Shown in pieces: positions 1 through 12,483 of a stretch of DNA of 64,000 nucleotides. A program made the position numbers and the translations under genes. Numbering within the stretch: the stretch's first letter is position 1; each line of letters begins with the position of its first letter. This DNA is from Spongospora subterranea f. sp. subterranea. Lineage: Eukaryota. Location: contig JAUGWO010000122.1 of assembly GCA_049724395.1 (NCBI GenBank), positions 124,001-188,000 on the forward strand, given 5' to 3'. Under the pieces are notes generated by a model, which saw only the letters and a program-made list of their open reading frames with translations, was not told where the DNA came from and ran no database searches.

Positions 1-1658
1 AAGAAACATGCCCCCATCCAAGAAACATGCCATGTCCCCATCCAAGAAACATGCCATGTACCCATCCAAGAAACATGCCATGTCCCCATCCAAGAAACCA
101 TGCCATGTCCCCATCCAAGAAACATGCCATGTCCCCATCCAAGAAACATGCCATGTCCCCATCCAAGAAACATGCCATGTCCCCATCCAAGAAACATGCC
201 ATGTCCCCATCCAAGAAACATGCCATGTCCCCATCCAAGAAACATGCCATGTCCCCATCCAAGAAACATGCCATGTCCCCATCCAAGAAACATGCCATGT
301 CCCCATCCAAGAAACATGCCATGTCCCCATCCAAGAAACATGCCATGTCCCCACATGCCATGTCCCCATCCAAGAAACATGCCATGTCCCCATCCAAGAA
401 ACATGCCATGTGTCCAAGAAACATGCCATGTCCAAGAAACATGCCATGTCCCCATCCAAGAAACATGCCATGTCCCCATCCAAGAAACATGCCATGTCCC
501 CATCCAAGAAACATGCCATGTCCCCATCCAAGAAACATGCCATGTCCCCATCCAAGAAACATGCCATGTCCCCATCCAAGAAACATGCCATGTCCCCATC
601 CAAGAAACATGCCATGTCCCCATCCAAGAAACATGCCATGTCCCCATCCAAGAAACATGCCATGTCCCCATCCAAGAAACACATGCCATGTCCCCATCCA
701 AGAAACATGCCATGTCCCCATCCAAGAAACATGCCATGTCCCCATCCAAGAATCCAAGAAACATGCCATGTCCCCATCCAAGAAACATGCCATGTCCCCA
801 TCCAAGAAACATGCCATGTCCCCATCCAAGAAACATGCCATGTCCCCATCCAAGAAACATGCCATGTCCCCATCCAAGAAACATGCCATGTCCCCATCCA
901 AGAAACATGCCATGTCCCCATCCAAGAAACATGCCATGTCCCCATCCAAGAAACATGCCATGTCCCCATCCAAGAAACATGCCATGTCCCCATCCAAGAA
1001 ACATGCCATGTCCCCATCCAAGAAACATGCCATGTCCCCATCCAAGAAACCCATGCCATGTCCCCATCCAAGAAACATGCCATGTCCCCATCCAAGAAAC
1101 ATGCCATGTCCCCATCCAAGAAACATGCCATGTACCCATCCAAGAAACATGCCATGTCCCCATCCAAGAAACATGCCATGTCCCCATCCAAGAAACATGC
1201 CATGTCCCCATCCAAGAAACATGCCATGTCCCCATCCAAGAAACATGCCATGTCCCCATCCAAGAAACATGCCATGTCCCCATCCAAGAAACATGCCATG
1301 TCCCCATCCAAGAAACATGCCATGTCCCCATCCAAGAAACATGCCATGTGCCATGTCCCCATCCAAGAAACATGCCATGTCCCCATCCAAGAAACATGCC
1401 ATGTCCCCATCCAAGAAACATGCCATGTCCCCATCCAAGAAACATGCCATGTCCCCATCCATCCAAGAAACATGCCATGTCCCCATCCAAGAAACATGCC
1501 ATGTCCCCATCCAAGAAACATGCCATGTACCCATCCAAGAAACATGCCCATGTACCCATCCAAGAAACATGCCATGTACCCATCCAAGAAACATGCCATG
1601 TCCAAGAAACATGCCATGTCCCCATCCAAGAAACATGCCATGTACCCATCCAAGAAAC
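1..1658. repeat. 24-bp tandem satellite (CATGCCATGTCCCCATCCAAGAAA), about 69 copies, truncated by the window start
   Basis: 24-nt periodicity (identical phase at 121 and 241) with scattered indels and TACC/TCCC variants. The three long + ORFs only reflect a stop-free unit. Confidence 0.97.
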
Positions 1659-1874
1659 ACACATCATATACCAAGGGCTTGGCGCACGACATTCGAACTT
1701 ATACCAAGGGCTTGGCGCACGACAAACATGCCGTCCGACAGCGTTTGAATAAAGCAGAATAAATAGAGCAGGATGTATTCCGTTCAAATTCTCGATCTGT
1801 TATTTCTTCTTATATTGAGACGCTGTCGCACCAAGTTCGAACGTCGTGCGCCAAGCCCTTGGTATATGATGTGT
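1659..1874. repeat. Foldback/MITE-like element with ~42-bp inverted arms at the satellite border
   Basis: 1659-1700 is the reverse complement of 1833-1874 with one mismatch. ATACCAAGGGCTTGGCGCACGAC is also directly repeated at 1668-1690 and 1701-1723. Confidence 0.8.
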
Positions 1875-3026
1875 TTATTGTGCTGGGTGATATTGTGGCA
1901 CACTTCTGCTAACGGTGCCATGAATCAGCGACTCGATCATCACGCGGCATGGATTGATATTTTAACCAGGTGTCCATTCTTTCTTTCCGAGAGATCGGGG
2001 CCAGCACATGGCCGATACTTCCCGTTGCCAGACTTGAAGGCCTCGATCATGTACAATTCGCCATCCTTTTGAAAAGTCTTCCAGGCCTGATATTCTCCTG
2101 TCGCTCAGGCTCTGTACGACGGAATCATTGTTGAGCGTCTGAAATCGCTCCAGATACAAACGAGCTTTGGTCATCCAGGGTAATGTTTTTACTACGTACG
2201 TTGCCTCTAACAGGAGCGAGCCGACATCTTACTCAATCTGTTTGGGCCGGTAAAAATATTCACCCGTTTATCTGTCGTCGACAGTTTCACGATCTCCATG
2301 ACATAATAAACACGTTGCGTGATAGGACGACGACAAAGTCGTGCACGACGTTTCAGCAACACTATTACCCGGCAGATCAAATTACGATTTTTTTTAAATT
2401 AAATTTTGAACAAACTAAACCTTTTATAGTTTCGTACAATCGACCTCACGACATTTATTATATCGCTTCGTGATGATCCCCCCCCCCCGCTAGCTCTTCA
2501 AGTTTGCGAATTCGTTTTGGGCTTACTCCATCTATGGTGTTTAACCCTGTTTTCCCGGTTGAATCAATTTGTTAGGTATCGCTCGTTTTGCAATTATAAT
2601 TGGTATTTGGCGAACTGGCGAAAATCTGATGAAGTAACATCCTTCAAAAAAGAACCGGTGTCTCAGAGCAAATTTACACGTAATTTGTAGCGATTATTGA
2701 GAAGACGAGACAATGAACTGTATAAAAGACAATTTGTCCAACATTAATCTATTGTAGAGTTCGCAAAGGTGGTTCCTTACCGAATTGAAAAAGCCACAGT
2801 CTGTATTAAAAATAGCAGTAGTAGGTTAGCAACAAACAAAAATCTTTATTTATCTCTAACCATCTAAATCGTTCGTCACTAATTGTTATTGATTTAACAA
2901 AGCACCACGATTGAAAGAAGACTGATCAAGATTTCCATGTACTTTAGCTTCAGAGTCATTGCATCAAGAGATCGATGGTTGTTTCTCCTAAACACTAGAA
3001 CTGTATTTTGACAGCAATAACAGGAG

Positions 3027-6000
3027 TTAATGCATTTCCTGAGTATTCTGATAGCCATTTTGAGATGCTCGAACAGCCTCACACACAAGAAGACCTGGTT
3101 GCAACAAGGGTAAACTGATACCGTGATTGGTAGTGGAAATTTGTGTATCAATCTTGACGTAGTGAGAAGTTAACGGAGAGCAGCATGAACAATCACGAGT
3201 CAAAAATTACCTTCCTCGCCACCTACACTAATAGCTAACCATTGCCCTGCCCTCACTAAGGAGAACAGAATTGCCACAGACGAAATAAGGGAACATGCAA
3301 AATGCGTTTACTATTACTGCAAGCAATACGTAATTTAAACAGTTTACAGTCCGGGATTTGAAACCGCGCCCTGATCTGGAAGAGACGCGCGACGGAAATG
3401 CTCTTGAAGATCTAGATGGCTCGCTGATTTGCTGACCTAATTACGAAAATAAGTGATAGAATCGCGACCATGAAGAGCAGAGCAAGTACCTCTCCTAGCT
3501 GCAGAGCGATTGCATCCAGCCTTTGATTGAGCTGAGGCACGTCAGACAGTTTCTTGATTATATCAGCTTTCTCTTCTTCTAATGACATCCGGTGGCTTAC
3601 GTCAAGCGGAGTCAGCTAGATTGAATATGAATCAAGTCGACTGATGCTTTAACGAAAATACCTCGACACCACCATCGCCATCAAATTGACAAACATAATT
3701 ATGGTATTTCCATAGTGATGGGCGGTGGGAAACAGTCATTAAAGTGATTCCTGAATGAAATGGAGATCAACATTCCAAGACAATAATTAATGAATCAACC
3801 TATGCTGACCTAACTCTGTTGCATGAGTGTACATTAAACCTTCAACATCAATGCTAACTTGAGAAGTGCATTCGTCCAGAATCGCAAAACGGGGCTTATG
3901 GTAAAACAATCTCGCCATAGCAACACGTTGCTTTTCACCACCTAAATACTGTTAATTTAATGGGCAACATTTTTTCAGAGTTGAACTAGCCTGAAAGAAC
4001 GTCTTTCCAATCACGCATGCTTGCCCATCCGCCTTCTCTCTCGAGAACATATTGAAGATGAGCAAATCCCAGCAAAGAAAAAATGTCATCATCGGTAATG
4101 CCTAAGGTGGTGTGAGAACGCTGAAACGAAATTCGACTCTGCAGAACAAACCTTTTTCCCTCATTTTCAATTCGGTATCTGGATAGATTACCTAGCATCG
4201 AATCAGAATGGCATGGAAACAATGATGAACGGAAGCAACAACCTGATCACGGAAGTTTCCCGAAGAAAGATAGGGACGCTGAGGAATATAAAACAAATCC
4301 GAAGGCAATGGGCGTCGTAGGATACCGTGACGAACCGGCCATAAACCACCCAGTATTCTAACGATTCAATGGGAAAAATGGCCGGACATGGAAGCAGAAT
4401 AACCTGAATAAAGACGATTTGCCGCATCCATTTGGCCCCGTAATGAGCGTGTGCATTCCTTTTTCAATGACCATAGTCAGGGACGTCACCAATTCATCGC
4501 CGTTTGGCGTTATGATTGGAACTTCATCAAATTCAATAGCACCACTCGAAAACTCAATGGTACCACCAGTAAAGCGCGAAAGGCCTGCTTGATTTGCTTC
4601 CGGAATTTGCTAGATACAATAATGAGCAAAACTCAAAAAAAAAATGGTCCGATGAGAACTAACTTTCACAAATACTTGATTGTTGACATCATCCAGAGTT
4701 TCTAAAAGAGAGATAACGCGGCTAGTATAGCCAGCCAACTCTCCTGAAACCAGGTTGAGAAAAATAAACTTAAAAGTAAAATTGAGGAGCAATACCAATT
4801 TCTTTGGTGCTGCTCAATATTCTCGTGATAGCATCGGCAAGGTTTAACAAATAGCGACGATTTCTGGTATAGTCTGCAGTTCTCTCCCCGACACCTAGAT
4901 TAGCCGACGACTTGGAAGACCAGAATACAGGAAGGGCGCAGATGACGAGCCCAGTAGCGCTGCGAATCAAATCAATAACAACAACAAAAGGACGTGAGGA
5001 TTCCTACCTACTAACGTATTTCAGCATAAATCCCTCAATAATGGCAAATCCGATTCTTCGAGTGATGATATCGTAGATATGAGCAACCAGTTGTGTGTAT
5101 CTATCCAACAAAGCGCCTTTCTCGATTACTTCTCCCTGACAACAATCACGCACGTGGTGGCAGAAGTAGATCAGGTAGTACCTTATAAAAAGCGATTTCT
5201 TCAGCGTTCGTGATAAGCCGCGCATGAGCAGCTCGGTATTCACCCTCAAGACGACCTTCTTCAGCAGCAAGGCGACCGAAAGGTGGAGTAATGATGGGGA
5301 GTGATATTCCATATGCAATATAGAAGGCTCTAAAGGTAACACAGAGAATTAGAAAACAAAAATGCAACTTCAACGAGAGCCATCTACCCCATGGATGCAG
5401 GACCAATCCAGCCAACAGCAATGGCAAGCTGAGAGCCAAACAAAATCAGATCAAGAATAGGCTTGGCTAAGTTGGAGTAAAGTTCCGACAGAGAAGAGCT
5501 GAATCGTTCAATGTCAACTATAAAACTTGAACTAAGTTACAATAGAGAGCGCCAAAACGATCAAATCAACCCGTAATTAGCTGGTCAGCGTTGGTTATTC
5601 GAGAATCCAGCTGAGCCAGCTTATAATAGGTATCATTGAGAAGATATCTGAGAACCGTCAATGAATGTGAGAAATTTTACATGTTATACCGATGACCGTA
5701 CTTATCTAAGACGTGCTGAGTAAGTTCAGACCTACAATGAAGAGCGATCCTTGATTGTAGGCATCGAATAAGGGCGTTTATTGTTGTCGCCGGAAGTGCA
5801 ACAAGAATCCACCATTGCAACAATAACAAGAATCTGGCTTTTTCCCCCGATACCAGTGCCTGAAAGCAATGAGAACACGAATGCCATATCAAAAGTAAAA
5901 ACTACCTGAACAATAGCACCGTCTAATCTCGCAACTAGTACTGAGACAATTGTTCGACTAAACAGGAGACCGGCCTGAATAATAACTCTCAGTTCAATAA

Positions 6001-6298
6001 ACGAATTGAGACGCCTTCATATTCTTACTTGTGCTGATAAAAGAGCATATGCCACTCGGTTTTTGAACACAATCTTCATGAGAAATTTCAAAGATTTTGC
6101 AAAAACTTTGTTCATGCCGACATTTTCGGCAGCAATACGCTTCGAACCTGCGTGAGCGAGGCGACTCTTTCGCCGCTTCAACTGCTGGTACACGAGAATT
6201 GCCAGGAACGATCCGGTCCCCCCTACATGGATTACCAAAGCGTCTTATGAACAGCTGCATTATCTACCTAGCAAAATACGCCTGGCATCGATGCCCAT
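3027..6298 (-). CDS. Peroxisomal ABC half-transporter, subfamily D (ALDP/PMP70/PXA-like), multi-exon; 3' end approximate
   Basis: Spliced translation starts [17 protein letters not shown] and contains [41 protein letters not shown], Walker [46 protein letters not shown] and [12 protein letters not shown]. Confidence 0.95.
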
Positions 6299-6717
6299 AC
6301 TGTTGAAGAAAACGAAGAAGATTTTTTATGGGAATACAAGCCGTTAAGTTTTGAACATCCTCTAAGCGCGACCACTCTGCCGTATAATTGTGAGATATCG
6401 AATGAAGATGAAATAAGGGTATCTGATGTGCACTCAACTTATCCTGTGCACTGCATAGCAGGGTAGTGTAACCGGAGCCTCTGCCGCCAGACACCAGTTG
6501 CAGTAGGACACTCGTGTCTGCGTGCGTGTGTGCTTGCGGCTTGGCCACCCGAGTCACGTCTCGCTGTGCTTAACCCAACGACTATTCCGTGACTGTATAA
6601 ATAACAACTTCCGCAATACCGTTGGATTATGTGACCATCAAAGGGCACCGTCGACCACAACGCCTGACTTCATGTGATGGGGAAAACTTCCATGGCATGA
6701 TGTTTTCCATAAAGTTA

Positions 6718-7790
6718 TACTCCCTCCGTCCCATGAAAAGGTTTGGAAAAAAACAAAATGTGCCAACGTAAGCTCATTTTTTATCAGATTTTCTTGCTCC
6801 AAGTTGCACCAGCCGCATGCGCATCTAGATGTATGAGTGCCAACCGGATTTTTTTTTAATATAGTTTGATTGCGTAATTCATGGCGAAAGATTCGATTTT
6901 GTACTTCATCCAAAAAGGACACTGAACTCGACAATAGTCCGACAAGTTAACAGCTACAGGGGTATCATTGGTAATCGTAGATAGGCAAATTGGCGTAGAA
7001 TCCGACTCTAGTTTTTTTTTAAAATTTTGCGAGCAACTTCAAGTGCTACAGGGCAGTGTTAAGAAGGGCCATCCAGGATTTACCCGTTGGTAGATGAGAC
7101 AATCGCCATTATGGGACCTAACTCAGGATCACATTTCACATGTAGTATTGGGTGTAGACCATCGTTAACAGTGGTTGACTCTGAGGTCGAATTGCGGAAG
7201 AAGCAGCTGAGCGATTATGAGCGCCGTGCCATTTTTGATTTTCTCAGTGTTAGAAGGAAGAATCCAGTTGTGTCAGATAAGTTGATGATATGGACCATTT
7301 CCGCCGCTGCAACAAGATTCAAAGTGAGTGAAACCTCAATCAGAAAAATTTACAATCGATGTTGCCAATCAGGGAGGTTGATACCTGATACAGCAGCTAG
7401 AAATATAGGCAGGTCAGGACGTAAGAAGGCAGTTACCTTGGATCTTGAGGCAATCATGACCATTTCGTTGACATTGCGCCGAAATATTCGCTCAACGGCG
7501 TATCACTTGAATGTTTTCAGAAAGCACGTTACATCGGCGTATAAAGGAAGGAGGATTGAAAACGCTATCAAACCCTATTTGACAGAGCGGAACAAACTTG
7601 AACGAATTCAATTCTGCGTCTCTCAGCTCGACATGAATCCATCGAACAATGATTACAGTTTTGACCTCATGATGAATGCTCTTCACATAGACGAAAAGTG
7701 GTTTTACCTGACAAAACTAACCGAAGGCACTACGTGGCGATAGGTGAAGACCCTCCTCATCGTACAGCAGCGATGAGTAAGAGATTTATC
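6718..7790 (+). mobile_element. Truncated mariner-like (plant/oomycete DD39D-type) transposon: left TIR and partial, frameshifted transposase
   Basis: TA followed by CTCCCTCCGTCCC (Stowaway/plant-mariner TIR consensus) at 6718-6732. Motifs GRSGRKK, KPYLTERNKLERIQFC and HIDEKWFYLT, then GEDPPHRT..SKRFIT after a frameshift. No right TIR seen. Confidence 0.85.
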
Positions 7791-8137
7791 ACTTTCCTCT
7801 TCAGAAAAAGAAAACAACTAAAACTGCTCCCACAATGTTTGTTATTTGCTATTTACAATCAATCGATATTATTCTCCAAATCTCAAGTGTGAATTCTTGA
7901 TGGGCACTGGAAGCTTTTCGATATCCGCAAATGATGAAAACAGTGATCATTATCACTTTCCTTCTTCAGAAAAAGAAAACAATTAAAACTGCTCTCACAA
8001 TGTTTGTTATTTGCTATTTACAATCAATCGATATTATTCTCCAAATCTGAAGTTTTAAATTCTTGATGGGGCACTGGAAACTGTTTCGATATCCGCACAT
8101 GCTGAAAACCGTGATCATTGTCACTTTCCTTCTTCAG
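7788..8137. repeat. Tandem duplication of a ~165-bp unit (two copies plus the start of a third)
   Basis: ATCACTTTCCT(T)CTTCAGAAAAAGAAAAC...GTGATCATT at ~7788-7951 and ~7952-8119, restarting at 8120. Confidence 0.9.
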
Positions 8138-8825
8138 CAGCTGTGGCTGATAGCTCCGATATGGTCATTATTGGGTCCTTCAAAAACCTCCCTCAAAAGC
8201 AGTAATCAATTGTGAAAACTCAATGCTCCGCGTGAGTTTTCCAAAGGTCTTGGTGTTTTGCGTACCAAACTTATAGACATTTTTCGTATTCGTCTGGGGA
8301 GAGATCCGCCTGTCAAAGTCACGCCATTAGAGTCAGTATGGGTCGATGATGCTTTTGAGATTCGCATCGAGTTTTAAGGATTTATTACTGCTTTGAGGAC
8401 GGTTTTTGGAAAAAGTCGACAGTTGATTCTCAAACCAAATGCCCTTAAATGTGCAAAAAGGTTCTGCGACTGGCATAAGCTTTTGATCCCCCTGGAATAC
8501 AGGCATTGAGGAAAAAGTTGGAATAGAAGACGACAGCCACGTCGCCAAACAAACAAATTACATAAGATGCGCCACATTGGTGGGTGGTTGAAAGTTGACT
8601 GAAGCCTGTATTCTAGCGGGATCATGTCGAAACGGTAAAAAACACATGACGATGGTTAAAATAATAAGAACATGATCAGTATTTGAGAGTTGAGACTGAT
8701 ACGGTTTGGAAACTGCGTGAGTTGGTAGGACACAGTCAGATACAGTCACATTCTCTTGTGTCCTGAGTCCTGACGGATACACCGAAAGGTCGCATCTGAA
8801 ATAACATTTTCCGATATCCACCAAG

Positions 8826-9736
8826 ATGTCATCCTCGGAATCGCAATCGGATAATGATGATGAGGCGCCTGGACTCTTCGGTCAAAATCCTTCCTTATCT
8901 CTACATCGGTGATGCAGCTGCGGCCTGCGATACCGCCCAGTGCAAGGAGTTCGGTTAGTGTCTTTATGACTGCCCGGGATCTTTTGGTAATTTGTAGTGG
9001 ACGAAATGCAGGAATTACCCGAGCTGTGAATTGCAGCAGCCTGGATGTCGAATTCGATCAGGCTATTGTCTCGTCTTACTCGTCCTACACTGCTTTGCCA
9101 ATTGCCGAGGTGCAGATCCCTTACCATGATTAAAATAAGGTTTCAGCTGAAAATGTTACTGTAGGCCATTGACGAAGACATTGAGAAATATTTTGATGAG
9201 GCATATGAAGCTATTATTACAGCCAAAAACCAGGTCAGCGAATCTGAATAGAAAGTTTTTTGCCGTCGTCTAACTTTTTGAAAGGAGACGAAAGTGCTGG
9301 TGTTTTGTGAGGATGGATGTGGCCGAGTAAGTCGGCATATGCGTATGATTCTTTCATAGTTGGTGTTTACCGACTCTTTATAGTCGGCCTGTATTGTCAT
9401 AGCCTATATGATGATGGCAAGTGAAAAACAAAACAAAAAAGCTTCCTCTGTCCATGGCATTGAAGCATCTCGACAGCAAATGGGAACATTCGAACATTAA
9501 TGCTGGCTTCCTGTCGAAGCTTGTCGCTTTGGAGAAACAACTTTACGGCGAAGTAATTTACACTGCGTTTTTTCAATGACCCGGCGTACCAATTATGAAT
9601 TTTGAAACTCTAGGTTAGCATTCGCCTTGCAGGGAAAGGAGAAAAACATAGTGGCGGCGGTCGAGGTGGCGGCTCATCAAGAGGCCGAGGTGGTTCTGGC
9701 CGTGGACGCGGCGATAAGCGCAAACGCGGAAAATAA
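8826..9736 (+). CDS. Atypical dual-specificity phosphatase with a C-terminal RGG tail (5 exons; one or two +1 shifts in this assembly)
   Basis: ILPYLYIGD, GITRAVNCS, DIEKYFDEAYEAI, active-site VLVFCEDGCGRSACIVIAYMM (CX5R), NINAGFLSKLVALE. Last exon ends GGGRGGGSSRGRGGSGRGRGDKRKRGK*. GT-AG introns. Confidence 0.85.
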
Positions 9737-9822
9737 AGAGATTACGCAAGCACCAATATTACCAATGCAGAAAAAATAAAAATGTATATCTCATTGACGG
9801 ACATACACGAAAAGGTTCAGAT

Positions 9823-10261
9823 TTAGTTCTCTGGTTTCACATTTTGTCCTGGCACCCCGTTGTTCAGTGACTCGATTTTCGTTGTCATCTCGGCTATTGT
9901 CTTATTTAATTGTCCAATCTCGTCTCGCTGGCGCTCACATGTCTTCCGGAGTTCATCAATGTCAACGCCGATCGGCGCACCTAGATACCTCTTTAATGAA
10001 ATCGATGGCGTTTTCAGCTGGCGGCCTTTCTTGAGCCTAAGAAATAAGTTGCGGTCATTAAGCGAAAAAACCGATAATGTAAAGGCCTATGTACCTCGTA
10101 AAGAGCAACTAGAACTTTAGTCAGAGCGTCAATCACGCCGCTTTTTTCGAGATATTCCTGGAATTGCTCCTTTTTAGACTCAGCCGTCTGACAGACGATC
10201 AGGTTGCAATGAAGGACACAAAAACACGAAAGTGAACCTGTAAGTTCAACGATGAGTTCAT
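9823..10261 (-). CDS. MYCBP: c-Myc-binding protein homolog (AMY-1 family), 3 exons, +1 shift at ~9992-9994
   Basis: ESKKEQFQEYLEKSGVIDALTKVLVALYE...AIDFIK(R)YLGAP is the family signature, followed by a coiled-coil tail. Confidence 0.9.
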
Positions 10262-10829
10262 CACTCAATTCTCAGCTTATGTTTGGTGGCAACAGGCTTG
10301 AACGCACCCGACGAACGATTGGGCAAACGACTGAAACCGGCACTAACTACCAAATATACACTGGGTATTAACCAAAACTGTAGAATTATTGCGCAACAGC
10401 TCACTGGGCTGCGCAAATCAGGTACAGACGTACAGTATGTAGTATGTACAGCGCTACCATGGTCCTGATGATGCTGCGAATTTCATGGTTTCTCTCTGAT
10501 TCTGGGGCAAATTCTGCGATGACACCGACAAATATGTTTACTTTATTGATTTATTTTTTCTAAACGGTGAGCTATATCGCGGTTAACCAATAAACAGAGT
10601 TGATGATTGTCTGTTTCGCATTGATTCACAGTAGTGAATCCTGACGATTATGAAAGGATCACCGTTCCCACATCAGACTTGCAATAGCCAGTCTCTCGAA
10701 CCGATAGCGAATTGAATGTGTAGGTGTTTCAATAAACGGTAACGGGGCAGGTCAAGATAGTCCGTGACGGGGAACACAATGAGAGTTGAGATCGTCCGCC
10801 GGGCACTGTGGCAATAGATTGGGAGAAGG

Positions 10830-11825
10830 ATGACGGCAGCCCCTGCCTCGGAAGGCGTCGCATCATCGCCCATTACCATCCTTCCGGCGTTGATCGATTT
10901 TATCCGCCGCAATATCGTCACGCTGTCTGACGCTCCTGTTCTTTATTCCTTTCCCAGACCCGATCTCACGGTGTTCCTTCCTCCCGGGTTTGATGCAAAA
11001 TCGTTAGAACCGGCACCGGAACCAGTGACATGTATTCATGCTGCTTGCCAAGAAGTTTTGAACAAACTCTGTGAATTATCGACGCTGGCCTCAAATCCCT
11101 TGGCGGTGTTTTCATTGGCCTCTTCAATCGATATCTTTTGCCACTGCATCCGCTCTTCACGGTTCTTGGCCCCGTCGCTCTTACAAACACTGATTGATGA
11201 CGAAACATCACCAGTACTTCTATCTTTGACGCATTGTCTTCAAGCCCTGGCCAAGAAAGATCAATCTTCTGCCATAGGTCATATACAGAAAATTCAAGCA
11301 CTTCACATTTTTCAAGCCGAAGTCGTATTCACAATGACTGATATCGCCAGACAAAAGGTTCGCAAATACCTATACCTAATGCAGAGGACAATCGTTCGAC
11401 GACGATCAGAGAAATTTCAAGATGGCGAATATTCGTCTCTTTGTTTAGCATGGTCACCATCGCTCGCCGCCTTAATCGAAACTGCCACTCAGATTTTGTC
11501 CTATCTGCATGCATTTATCTGCAATCGTTATGAACCGGATGATAATGAACCGTTATTTATGGCCAACGCGTGTTTACTGTCAGGTCATACAACCACGGCC
11601 GCGCAAGACCTCGTATTTTCTACGACAATGACAGAAGCTCGCCGCTCACTCACCTGTTTCTGGGTGTCTTGTAAAGCGTTGATCGACTTGTTGGCTGGGG
11701 AAGAGCAGTTTGGCGACGAGCCACTTCTGCAATCTACACGTGGTACAGGTCGTCAGATTGTGTTCCATCACTTGAAGAAGCTGCAACAGGCGCGAAACAA
11801 AATTAGGGAGGAGTTCCGAAGCTGA
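10830..11825 (+). CDS. Hypothetical intronless 331-aa protein
   Basis: Long ATG-initiated ORF with helical, protein-like composition, divergent from MYCBP. No recognised motif. Confidence 0.55.
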   Translation: MTAAPASEGVASSPITILPALIDFIRRNIVTLSDAPVLYSFPRPDLTVFLPPGFDAKSLEPAPEPVTCIHAACQEVLNKLCELSTLASNPLAVFSLASSIDIFCHCIRSSRFLAPSLLQTLIDDETSPVLLSLTHCLQALAKKDQSSAIGHIQKIQALHIFQAEVVFTMTDIARQKVRKYLYLMQRTIVRRRSEKFQDGEYSSLCLAWSPSLAALIETATQILSYLHAFICNRYEPDDNEPLFMANACLLSGHTTTAAQDLVFSTTMTEARRSLTCFWVSCKALIDLLAGEEQFGDEPLLQSTRGTGRQIVFHHLKKLQQARNKIREEFRS

Positions 11826-12483
11826 TTTTACTCGTTTGTTTTATTACATACTATGTCATATCTTATTGTATATTTTCACCTTCAAATTTATTCATTATCT
11901 GCTTGTCAGGCGGGACATTGTTTAGATCGTATCGCCTCTGAGATGTTTTTCGGCTCTTAGTGTGCGCAGAATCAAGGCAAAAAATTGTATTTATCGATGA
12001 AAAACGAGTACTCAATATGTAGAATACTCTTTGATACTAAGTTCCTAGACAATTCTCTCCTCAGGTCCTAGTGAGGCCGCATAGGATTTCTCCAACTTCG
12101 AGCGATTTTGTCTTGCGAACTTCAAAAAGAGGAGTATTTGGGATTCAGCCTCTGATAAACGATAACGCTGAGCTGTGATCGGAAGAACCCGAACGTAAAT
12201 TTCTAGAAATAGCAGAACACATCACCAGTATAAAACCCTGACGGTCATTGCTATGCAACCTTAAAGTTCATAAATCGCAAACGATGGGAACATGCTCCTG
12301 TTCAACGACTCTGAATCTGATCATCATGTTACCCATAGAGAGGTTTCACCAAGACTGTCATATAAAACCTGCGCCTCGGCCTACGGAGTGCAGTCCCGGA
12401 CTGGCTTCCCAGTTCCCCTTCAACAATTGAAGTGGCTTGGCCTTGACGGGGTAGCGCCGTAAACGGATCACACCATACCCTGA

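Noticed and set aside
1..1658. Telomeric repeat
   Set aside because: The unit does not resemble TTAGGG-type repeats, and nothing shows this is a chromosome end.
8..1762. Three overlapping 550-584 aa ORFs
   Set aside because: A stop-free 24-bp unit is open in all frames, and frequent indels swap the peptides, so there is no coding constraint.
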